From NCBI GenBank assembly GCA_030264375.1, contig JASCQW010000166.1, forward strand, positions 15,344,512 through 15,408,511: a stretch of DNA of 64,000 nucleotides, given 5' to 3'. The notes beneath the pieces were generated by a model. The model made no database searches. It saw only the letters and a program-made list of their open reading frames with translations, and was not told the origin of the DNA. Every line of letters begins with the position of its first letter. Positions within the stretch are counted from its first letter, which is position 1. Below, in pieces: positions 1 to 9,301 of this stretch. Made by a program: the position numbers and the translations under genes. This DNA is from Carcharhinus longimanus. Lineage: Eukaryota.

Positions 1-269
1 GCCTCTCACTGTGTGGTGGCCCCAGTGCGGGGAGAAGAGCCAGTGCCGGGCTGTAAACAAAAGCAGCGATTGCTGCAAGTGCCAGCCAGGGGCAAGACCA
101 CACTCATCCCTCAACCCCACTTGCTGCATTCAAACCCTCCCTCCTCCACCAAGGCTCCCCTCCATTCTCAGTCCCATTTTGGAGCTGCTTCTGCCTTTTA
201 TTCATCACCTTATTTCACCCCCCCCCCTCCCCCAGGCCTTTTATTATTTCCCCCCTTCCCCTTCCCCAC

Positions 270-311
270 TTCTTTTTCTAAATATGTCATTATTGTTCTC
301 TCTTTCCCCAG
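270..311 (+). promoter_or_regulatory. Probable 3' splice acceptor of the ATG-containing exon (exon about 312-1293, 5'UTR part 312-693)
   Basis: Pyrimidine tract tattgttctctctttccccag ending at 311, preceded by a long C/T-rich stretch (about 130-300); fits a non-coding exon 1 upstream of the window. Confidence 0.7.
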
Positions 312-693
312 ATGCAGTCTGCCAAGTCTTTATCTTGGATTACACTTGAAGTGAATGCAGCCTCTTTGGGCAAATGAATGGAGACTCCCTGATGGTTTCA
401 AAGTTTTGGAACTTTACAGCACCTTGGGATTGCACCCTGCTTTTTTAATTTCCCATTGATGAAAGTTGCTTTTTGTAAACCCGGTGCAACCATTGCTTTT
501 CTTCTTCCTCGTCCCCTTCCGGAAACATTTGAAGCTCTGGTGTAAGAGAGAGGGAGGTTGGCTTTGAATTGGAAAACGTCAATGCTATGGTGAACTGCTT
601 TTTTATTCCGAGAAATCTTTTTTTGTTATGTGTGGAACTGGTTCAACACAGAGATAAGGGGTAACTCTCTCTGGGTATTGGGAGTCATCAGCC

Positions 694-1293
694 ATGGTAA
701 AACTTGCAAATCCGTTGTACACCGAGTGGATTTTGGAGGCAATCCAAAAAGTTAAAAAGCAGAAACAGAGACCCTCCGAGGAAAGGATTTGCAATGCTGT
801 ATCCTCATCCCACGGATTAGACAGAAAAACTGTCCTGGAACAACTGGAGCTGAGTGTAAAAGATGGGACAATCTTAAAGGTTACAAATAAGGGACTTAAT
901 TCCTACAAAGATCCAGACAATCCAGGGCGGATTGTACTCCCCAAACCTCGGAATCAGTCAAAATCAGATACTAAACACAGCATTGACTGGAACAAACTTC
1001 TCAAAAGGGCAATTGAGGGTTTAGCGGAGCCGAATGGGTCGTCATTGAAGAACATTGAACGATTTCTGAGAGGTCAGAAGGATGTGATAGCAGTGTTTGG
1101 AACTGGTGCCTCCTCAACCCTCCACCAGCAGCTGAGACTCTCTTTGAAGCGCGCCATAAGTCACAGCAGAATCATCAAGGATGGACCCCTGTATCGATTG
1201 TCACGTGGCAAATCGGGTGGCGATAGCAAGCAGGGACATGAGTCAATCGCCTGCCTTCCACCGGTTAGCCTCCTGAATCATGAAAAGGACAAG
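694..1293 (+). CDS. KAT6A: KAT6A (MOZ/MYST3) histone acetyltransferase, first coding exon, aa 1-200 (WH1 CpG-binding winged helix + WH2/H15 linker-histone-like domain)
   Basis: Translation [62 protein letters not shown]...[13 protein letters not shown] matches the recalled KAT6A N-terminus. [24 protein letters not shown], GRIxLPKPRN and HEKDK are KAT6A-type rather than KAT6B-type. Strong Kozak gccATGG; exactly 600 nt ending at AAG|gtaggt. The ORF-track tail VGGI* is intronic read-through. Confidence 0.95.
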
Positions 1294-2554
1294 GTAGGTG
1301 GCATTTGAAACTTGTTGCGTTTTAATGCTTTGCAGCCAAAAGATCCAGCTGTACATATAAATTAGTGATCCAGGAGAAGTATTTGGCTCAAGTAATTCCA
1401 GCAATTATGGAAGGTTCTAATCAGGAATATAATTTTAATTCCAATTTGTTCAGCACTTTACAGCACTTGCTGTGGTAGAGTTTGCACTTAGTTGGTGGAA
1501 GGGGATGAGAGAGTGTATTCAAATACTTCCAAGCATTAGAATAGTTTATTTGAAAGAAAAGTTCAAATTTGATCACCATGATGGAAGCTTTCGGTAATTA
1601 AGTTTGTTACTTAAATGTTTTGTAACCACAGGTGACGTATCACTTGTGTTGGTCTTATAAATACTTGTATTGCAAGAAAGGAAATTGGAGCCGAAGTCTG
1701 TGAATCAGCTTCAGCTAACTGGGGCTTGCAGAGAGCTTGCAGTTACTGACAAATGTCTATATGTAAAGATTCTTGGGTTTGAGATTAAAAGCCCTGACAA
1801 TATTATTTACTTTGTCTTGCTACATCTTTCCACAAGATGCCTCAGTTAAGTTTCAAAGCTTGTTTATCTGGGTTTTTCTTAATGGATTGTTAATAAATAA
1901 AATGCAATGTTCAAAACCGTTAACAATGCAGGTCAGCCTGGAACAATGTTTTGAGATTTCTTGTTGTTCAGCTCACTCCTGCTGCTATTCTTTATTGCTT
2001 AACGTTTAAAGCAAAACTGTGTGGCGTTTGAAAATGCTGTCATAGCTCTCAAGATTTAACTACCAGGTCCATTTCTTCTCAACTTGAACACAAAGTTACG
2101 CACCACGCACATTTGGCTGTGTAAATCCTCCTGAATTGCTCATTCAGACCTCTGAAAAGCTGCAGGACTCACCCTTTCAGGATTTGCTTCTGTGCCAGCA
2201 TGAGTTTGGACTTATGACAATGTAAATGGAATGCGCACTCCAAGCCGATACTTCAGTGCTGCTGCCATGTCTTCATTTGTTTGTGCATTTTTACAGACAA
2301 TGAGTTCGTGTTGGTGTGAGATTAAGATTTGTTGTTTGTTATGTTGGAGGTTGTCTCTGTCAAGGTGTGAGGTGAGAACACATTTTATTTGTTAACCTGG
2401 CAGTAAGATATGATGATAAAGGGAAAGATTGGACTGCACTTACCCATGAATAACGGTGCTCTCAAAAGTACTAACTGGTTAAGATTATTGGGATATTTCA
2501 ATGTAGTATGATAATATATGAATAAATTCTCTTTGCACTTGGAAAGAGTTTCAA

Positions 2555-2937
2555 TTGAGACAGTGCCTTTCCCGTCTTCAAAATGTCCTTTTGAGCTTCA
2601 CAGCCAAGGATTGTCTTTAGAAATGTAGTCATTGTTATGTAAGTATATGTGGCAGCAACAAACAGCAGTGAGACAAATGATCACTTAATCTGTTCTGATG
2701 GTATTCGTAGAGGGATAACTTTAGGCTCAGACACACGCATGCTCTTGCTCTTCTTTGCTTCATAATCCTTCACATTCAGTGGTACGTTCAAATCGCACCT
2801 TAGTTTCAGGTCTCATCCGAAAGGTTCAAGTCCCTGCAGTCCTTCAGTACTTTGGAGGGTCAGCCTGGTCTTATTGCAGTGGGGGCCTCTCACTGCAGTG
2901 GGAGGTGAGAGAGCTACCTGTGAGCCAAGCTGATACT
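2555..2937 (-). mobile_element. DeuSINE (SacSINE1-like), decayed near-full-length copy
   Basis: Reverse strand shows tRNA-like head (cagcttggctcac-aggtagctctctcacctc), Deu-domain motif tttcggatgagacctgaaac and tail ...gactacatttctaaag...ttggctgtgaagc. Confidence 0.7.
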
Positions 2938-3469
2938 GTGGGTATCAGAGGGTAATAGAGGGTTTGTAAGCAATGTACAGAATTACTGCTTCGTGAATTC
3001 CGCTGCAAAATCATGACATTAGCAAAGTTGGAGCAGGTGAATGCATACCTTGCATTTTATGGTATGAATTCTGCATTTCGCTCCCCTCCCAAGTTAAGTT
3101 AGAAGTTTGTGTTCAGCCGCTGCCTTTAGGCTTTATATGAAATAGGTATTGAATGTTACCTAACTTCTTGAGGAGTTGCACCTTTGTGAACAAGAAGATG
3201 ATGTGTGGATACTGTTGAGTGTTGATGGGTCAGTGATGGGTACTGTGCACAGATTTGTGGTAAGAATGTTCATTGACATGCATTTATAATTCTTTTTTGC
3301 CATTCTGAATGGTGCTGTGGACTTGGAAGTAAATCTCTTTGCATTACCTGCAAAGCAAGCTTTGATCTTTATGCTCAAGATTGAGGGAAAGAAATCTTTA
3401 GTACAAGAATTTAAAGCTGATCGGTTCCATTTTTTGTATTTGCTCTTGAGATGTCAGTATTGCTCACAA

Positions 3470-3600
3470 ATATTACCCATCTCTCGTTGTTCTGAGAAGG
3501 TGATTTCAGGCCTTGAACAGCAGCAATTCTTTTCCAATGTATTCCCACAGTAGTGTTGAGGGGCTTGAAAGTAGTTGACAATGAATGATGATATATCCAA
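3470..3600 (-). mobile_element. 3' tail fragment of the second CR1-group LINE family (as at 44510-46030)
   Basis: tgagaaggtg...cttgaacagcagca...cccacagtagtgttgagggg...gatatatccaa resembles the 3' ends at 44575-44705 and 46220-46345. Confidence 0.5.
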
Positions 3601-3606
3601 CTGAGA

Positions 3607-4215
3607 GTGAACAGAGAGGTGAACTTGGGAGTTAGTCTCCTTTATTCACGAGGTATAAAATATAAAAAACAAGATATCATGCTGAAACTTCGAAAGGCTG
3701 GGGAGGCTACTGCTGGAGTTTGGTGTTTAGTTCTGGTCACGTTACAGGAAGGACATGATTGTGCTGGAGAGAGTGCAGAGAAGATTTCCAAGAATGTTGC
3801 CAGGGCTCGAAAGTTGTAGCCACGTGGAAAGACTGGATGAGCTGGTGTTGTTTTCCTTAATGCAGGGGAAGCTGAGGGGTGCCTTGATTTGAGGTGTACA
3901 AAATTATGAGCGCCTAGACAGAGTAGACAGGAAACGCTTGGTTCCCTTAGCAGAGCGGTCATTTACCAAGGGGCACAGATTTAAATGATTGGTAAAAGGG
4001 GATGTAAAGAATAACTTTTTGACCAAAGGGTAGTCGATATCTGGAATTTGCTGCTTTGATTGGTGATTGAAGCAGGAACCCTCAACGTATTGAAAAGGTA
4101 CTTGGATCTGCACCTGAAGTGTGGTAACAGAAAGATTACAGAGTGCTGGATGTGAGATTACAATGGGCAATGCAGGCACAATGGACTTAGTGACTTATTT
4201 TTGTGCTATAACTGA
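3607..4215 (+). mobile_element. CR1 LINE 3' fragment (ORF2 C-terminus + 3'UTR), decayed
   Basis: Degenerate RGIKYKKQDIMLKL, ctggagagagtgcagagaagattt (LERVQRRF), aagggcacagatttaaa motifs; frameshifts. Confidence 0.85.
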
Positions 4216-4659
4216 TGCAAGGTCCTCTGATTGATAGAAGTAGGCATTAAATTAGCATTTGGAATTTCAGAGTTTGATAATTTATGGCAGGGTTAGGATC
4301 AGGACTGAGGTTTTTTCCAACACACTCAGCTGACTTAAGTATTGTTGAGGGAAGTTTTATCCCACATGATTGCAGGAGGGGGTTGTATCATAGCTTCATA
4401 CAATGCAGAAGAGGCCTTTTGGCCCATTGAGTCTGCACCGACACATTAGAAACACCTGAACTCCCACCTCATCTCATTTGCCAGCATTTGGCCCATAGCC
4501 TTGAATGCTATGATGTGCCAAGTGCTCATCCAGGTACATTTTAAAGGATGTGAGGCAACCCGCCTCTATCGCCCTCCCAGGCAGTGCATTCCAGACTGTC
4601 ACCACCCTCTGGATAAAAAGGTTTTTCCTCACATCCCCTCAAACCTCCTGCCCCTCAAC

Positions 4660-4710
4660 CGCTCAATGGGCTGAATGGCCTCATTCTGCACATTAGGGTT
4701 TCTGTGATTC
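4660..4710 (+). mobile_element. HE1/HER1-type 3' tail fragment inserted in the CR1
   Basis: ctcaatgggctgaatggcctcattctgcacattagggtttctgtgattc matches the HE1 tails at 7684-7735 and 17280-17330. Confidence 0.7.
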
Positions 4711-5062
4711 AAGGTCGCCCTCTCTGCTCCATCAAAAACAAACCATCTCTCCAATCTTTCTTCATAACTTCATAACTTAAATGTTGCATCCCAGGCAGAA
4801 TCTTAGTGAATCCCCCCTGCACCTCTCTAGTGCAATCACACCCTTCCTATAATGTGGTGACCAGGACTATACACAGCACTCTAACTGTGGTCTCACCAAA
4901 GGTCTATACAATCCCAAAATGACCTCCAAGTTTTTGAAAACTATGCCTTGATTGATAACGGCAAGTGTTCCATATGCCTTTTTCACCACCCTACTAACAT
5001 GCCCTTCCTCCTTCAGAGATCTGTGGACAAACATGCCAAGGTCCCTTTGTTCTTCAGAACTT

Positions 5063-5164
5063 TTAAAATTTAAAATTTATTTATTAGTGTCACAGGTAGG
5101 TTTACATTAACATTGCAATGAAGCTACTGTGAAAATCCCCTAGTCATCACACTCTGGCGTCTGT
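5063..5164 (-). mobile_element. Tail-B V-SINE 3' fragment inserted in the CR1
   Basis: tttatttattagtgtcacaggtaggtttacattaacattgcaatgaagctactgtgaaaatcccctagtc matches 36093-36190 and 41994-42075. Confidence 0.8.
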
Positions 5165-5920
5165 ATCTTCCTAGTGTACTACCATTCATTGAATTCTTCC
5201 TTTCATGTTACTCCTTCCAACCCTCACATCTTTCAGGATTAAATTCCATCTGCCACTTATCTGCCCATTTGACCATTCCATCTATATCACCTCTCTAAAC
5301 ATGCTAACCACAATGCTCTCGGACTCTGGAATGCTGCTCAATGTCCCCAGCCACCATCCTAGATCTGAAACCCAGGCTTCTAAGAGCTGCAACTAGGTAT
5401 ACTTCCCACACACGTGCTGGCCCTAGACATTGAAAATATTCCTGATTTCCCACATAGAGCAGGAGGAGCAAACCATGGCTTTCATGCCATGACTAAACCC
5501 CTTAAATTTAAAACTTTAGGATACCTTTATTAAATAAAATAAATAAAATAATTTCCTATCCTTGCTTAAACAATTTATAATTTAACATAGTTAAATACCC
5601 ACCAGGACTTACTCACTAATCAGCTCCTCAAGTTGTTCCCACACCACTTTCTGGTATATGACATCACCACAGAACACTACAATCTGTATTCATATTACCA
5701 CTGATTTACTCTACCAACCATCAAAAAGGTAAGTACTAAGCAATAATTATTCAACCTTATTCGTTACTCACCAAATCAGTTCCCTCACTTTCTCCATGTT
5801 TTCGAAGTTCTGCTGCCCTCAGCTCCTGCCCGGACGGAGCTCTGCACTCAGTCTCTCACCTTCACCTTTCTCCCTGTTTTCACCCAACTTCAAAGCATTC
5901 TCGTTTCACCAAGCAGCACT

Positions 5921-6056
5921 CACAGAAAACCAGGCCATTCAGCCCAACAAGTCTGTGCCTGTGTTCATGCTGCACTCGCCATCTGTCCTCACTTAATTCT
6001 ACACCTATAACCATCTATTCCCTTCTCCCTCATTTGCATCTCTAGCTTTCCCCTTA
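5921..6056 (-). mobile_element. CR1 3'UTR fragment
   Basis: caggccattcagcccaacaagtctgtgcc...tctagctttcccctta, a typical CR1 3' terminus in antisense. Confidence 0.6.
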
Positions 6057-6074
6057 CCTTAACCTAAAGCAGGC

Positions 6075-6225
6075 AGTTGAGGCTCAATTTTAACGTTCTG
6101 TCTGAAAGACAGCGCCTCTGACAGTGCAGCACTCCAGCACTAAAGTGCCAGGTGATATATCCATGTTTCTGCAGTAAGGCTTGAACCAATACCCTCCCGA
6201 CCCAAAGGGAAGCCTGCTTGCCACA
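6075..6225 (-). mobile_element. DeuSINE fragment
   Basis: tttaacgttctgtctgaaagacagcgcctctgacagtgcagcactcc is the Deu domain in antisense. Confidence 0.7.
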
Positions 6226-7555
6226 GTAAAAGGGATAGAGGTGGGGGGAAAGAGAGAGGGCTAATTTAACCTAACCCACTGAGCATGAAGTTGACAGGAC
6301 AGGACTGTTGGCCTTGCTTGCACCTCACTATTAACATCAATGGAATATGAAATCAGGTGGCTGGTCCAATCCTATCAGTTTCCAGTCAGGCAGACTGGGA
6401 TAAAATTATTCCCAGAGGGAGAGGATTAAATCCAGTTCCTGGAATGGAAAGGAAGGCATACTGACCGACTACACTGTCCTGTTTTTCATTTTATTTCAGG
6501 TACCTACAAAAGACTCAGCATTAACTTACTTAAACTGCTGAGAAATTAGGACAATTAATTTAATTTTTGACTGATATTAGATACTAGTCAAGAATCCTTT
6601 CAGCATGCACAAGAGAAACAGGCTTATTTATTTTAGCTGAATATGGCAGAAAAATAATATTTATTTGACATGGTTATGTCGGACAGATTCATTTCTTTTA
6701 CATGGCTGCATGAGAGAGATTTATTTGCTCATTTTACATGGTTTCAGGGGAAACAGATTCATTTATTTTTGATAGATGCAGGGACAAATTAATTTATCTT
6801 ATCCCTTGGAACGGAGTGAGAGTTCGATTTCTACCTTTGTGGGGATGATTTTTCTGGGTGACAAGCACTAGAGCTCTTTGAGATAATTATCTTTTGTACA
6901 AGCCACTCAAGTGTGGTGAACATTGAAACACATTGTTTTCCAGCCAGCAGCCCCGTGATCCCTGGCCGGCGGGAAGTTGGCTGCCAAGTGACAAAGTTAT
7001 TAATAAGGAAGGCCATTCAGCCAGCCTTAGGCTGTCAGCCCAAAGCATCCAACAGTTCCAGTGATGCAGCAGGCTCCTTAAGTTATTCCAGCTTGCTTTG
7101 CCTCCGCTACAGACTGAAAAACAGGCGTGAGCGTCTTAACAAACAATTTGCTCTTCCGTCAACAGGAAGAGGTAGTTGGTAATTCAAGTGCATCAGTAGG
7201 AAAATTGCTAACCAATGCCACTAAATCATAGGGAGTCATCTCTTAGCAACTAAGTAAGTGGCTTCTTTCGTCCATGGCTCTTGCAACAGGGAGGACAGCA
7301 GATTTCAACTTTAGGTGAGTACCTCTCCCCAGGTAGACAAATACGAGAACAACAAGGCAGCAGAAAATATCTCAAAGACCTCGGCGCATGTCAGTAATTT
7401 ATCTGAAAGTTTGCTGATAGGCACAAATCAGAACAGAAGAGGGGAAAAAAGTAACTAGAGATGTTTTAAGTTGCTTTTATTTTGTGATAGGGCAGTTATG
7501 GTGTGGCTCATGATGGCAACAGCAAATGAAAACTACAAGATTCACTGAGATTAAA

Positions 7556-7735
7556 TTAGGCTGATTGGCCATGCTAAAAAATTGCCCCTTAGTGACCTGA
7601 GATGCGTTAAGTTAGAGGGACTAGTGGGTAAAATATGTAGGGGCATGGGGATAGGGCCTGGGTGGGATTGTGTTCAGTGCAGACTCGATGGGCTGAAGGG
7701 CCTCTTTCTGCACTGTAGAGTTCTATGATTCTATA
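7556..7735 (+). mobile_element. HE1-type V-SINE, 5'-truncated, CR1-type tail
   Basis: ttaggctgattggccatgctaaa-attgccccttagtg...gggcctgggtgggattgtg...gcagactcgatgggc...ctatgattctat. Confidence 0.9.
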
Positions 7736-8489
7736 GTTGTATCACAACTTGGTATGGCTCCTGCTTTGTCCAAGACTGCAATAAACCAGAAAGGATTGTG
7801 AATGTAGCCCAGTACATCATGCAAACCAACCTCCCATTTATAGACTCTGTCTACACTTCCTCGGGAATGCCAGCATGATTAAGGACCTCACGTACCCCGG
7901 ACACACTCTCTTCCACCTTCTGCCTTCGGGAAAAAGATACAGGGCAGAAACGACAATTACCTTTTTTCTCAGGGCAGAAATAACAATTACAAGGGGGCAC
8001 ACGTTCAAGATAAGGGGGGGAAGGTTCAGTGGAGATTGTGGGGCAAGTTTTTTACACAGAGGGTGGTGGGGGCCTGGAATGCACTGCCAAGTGAGGTGGC
8101 TGAGGCAGATATGTTAGCCATGTTTGAGACTTATCTTGATAGACATATGAACAAATGGGGAATAGAGGGATATAAGTGGTTGGTTTAGATAGGTAAATGT
8201 GAACAGCACATGTGAGTGTTGAAGGGCCTGTATGGTACTGTTTAAGAGTCTGAAATCATGTACCAACTGACTCAAGAACAGCTTCTTCCCTGCTGCCATC
8301 AGACTTTTGAATGGACTAAGTTGATCTTTCCCTGCACCCTAGCTATGACTGTAACACTACATTCTGCTCTCCCTCCTTTCCTTCTCTATGAACGGTATGC
8401 TTTGTCTGTGTAGTGTTCAAGAAACAGTACTTTTCACTGTATCTCAATACATACGACAATAATAAGTTAAATCAAATCAAATCAAATCA
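7736..8489 (+). mobile_element. Rex1/Babar-type LINE 3' end, split by a CR1 insertion
   Basis: CITTWYGSC...IKDLTYPGHTLFHLLPSGKRYR then, after the insert, SLKS...LKNSFFPAAIRLLN; 3'UTR ending cttttcactgta...gacaataataa with (aaatc)n tail. Confidence 0.85.
7943..8245 (+). mobile_element. CR1 3' fragment nested in the Rex1/Babar element
   Basis: TRGHTFKIRGGRF, tttttacacagagggtggtgggggcctggaatgcactgcca (FTQRVVGAWNALP), CR1 3'UTR gaagggcctg. Confidence 0.85.
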
Positions 8490-9144
8490 GAATGAGGTTG
8501 CTCCTTTAACAACCGTTCACCAACGAGTCTCCCTGTAGCCCTCATATTCCCCAAGATGCAATATCCTTTCTTTAATAAAACTGCAGTACTTCGTGGCATT
8601 TTTGAAAAAAGGAAGCCTTCATTTCCTCGCCCGAGCCTTCGTGAAGAGCCCATAAGTCATGTGAAAGTACCGCATTCACATTTATTTTTTTTCAAATAAA
8701 ATTTATCAGATGGCCTCACAATCCCATTGAGCTTGAGTTATTTAATACGTATTTTAAGCACATACAATCTTCCATTTTTTTTCAAATGGCACTTAAACTT
8801 CAGAGAAATTCAGAGAGGCTGCTCTCCTCATCTACAGAAATGAAACAAGACCTTTAAAATGACATCTCTTTAGCTCAAGCTATATTAATCTAATGGGAGC
8901 AGGCCTCTGTAAAATCTGCAAGTCACAGGGAGCCTGATAAATCTGAATGTCATTTTTGCTATTTGTAAATTGATAGAGGGCATTCTCGGTTAAATATAAG
9001 GAAAAGAAATCAGAGCAAAACACAATGTGGAACTGCTCTCAAACATTGGAACAAACTAACTGGAAGTAAATCTGTTCAACCAGTTTAATCCCAGGTCTAC
9101 GCTGAATTAACTGATCTCTTAGTTAGTTGTTTGTGATTTACCAA

Positions 9145-9201
9145 GTGGGATTCTCCGGCCATGCTCACCCCAAAACCGGAGAATCCCGCCCGAAGTCAAT
9201 G
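9145..9201. mobile_element. Small GC-rich palindromic element (MITE-like), cut by an assembly gap
   Basis: Perfect 12-bp inverted repeat gggattctccgg (9147-9158) / ccggagaatccc (9176-9187), CpG-rich relative to flanks. Confidence 0.5.
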
Positions 9202-9301
9202 NNNNNNNNNNNNNNNNNNNNNNNNNNNNNNNNNNNNNNNNNNNNNNNNNNNNNNNNNNNNNNNNNNNNNNNNNNNNNNNNNNNNNNNNNNNNNNNNNNN
9301 N

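Larger units (their letters stand above)
4396..5900 (-). mobile_element. Internally deleted CR1 (5'UTR + ORF1 zinc-finger N-terminus joined to RT C-terminus + 3'UTR) with two SINE-tail insertions
   Basis: Minus strand 5485-5290 reads MKAMVCSSCSMWEIR...HVCGK..LQLLEAWVSDL...MFREV (CR1 ORF1 CxxC/leucine zipper), followed directly by DIDGMVKWADKWQMEFNPE (RT); CR1 3'UTR at 4396-4560. Confidence 0.8.

Noticed and set aside
11-354. Two Pro/Leu/Ser-rich ORFs upstream of KAT6A
   Set aside because: Non-ATG starts and low-complexity C/T-rich sequence at an intron end; no recognisable protein
1294-1308. VGGI* as the true C-terminus of a single-exon 204-aa gene
   Set aside because: A canonical donor sits exactly after codon 200; KAT6A continues in downstream exons
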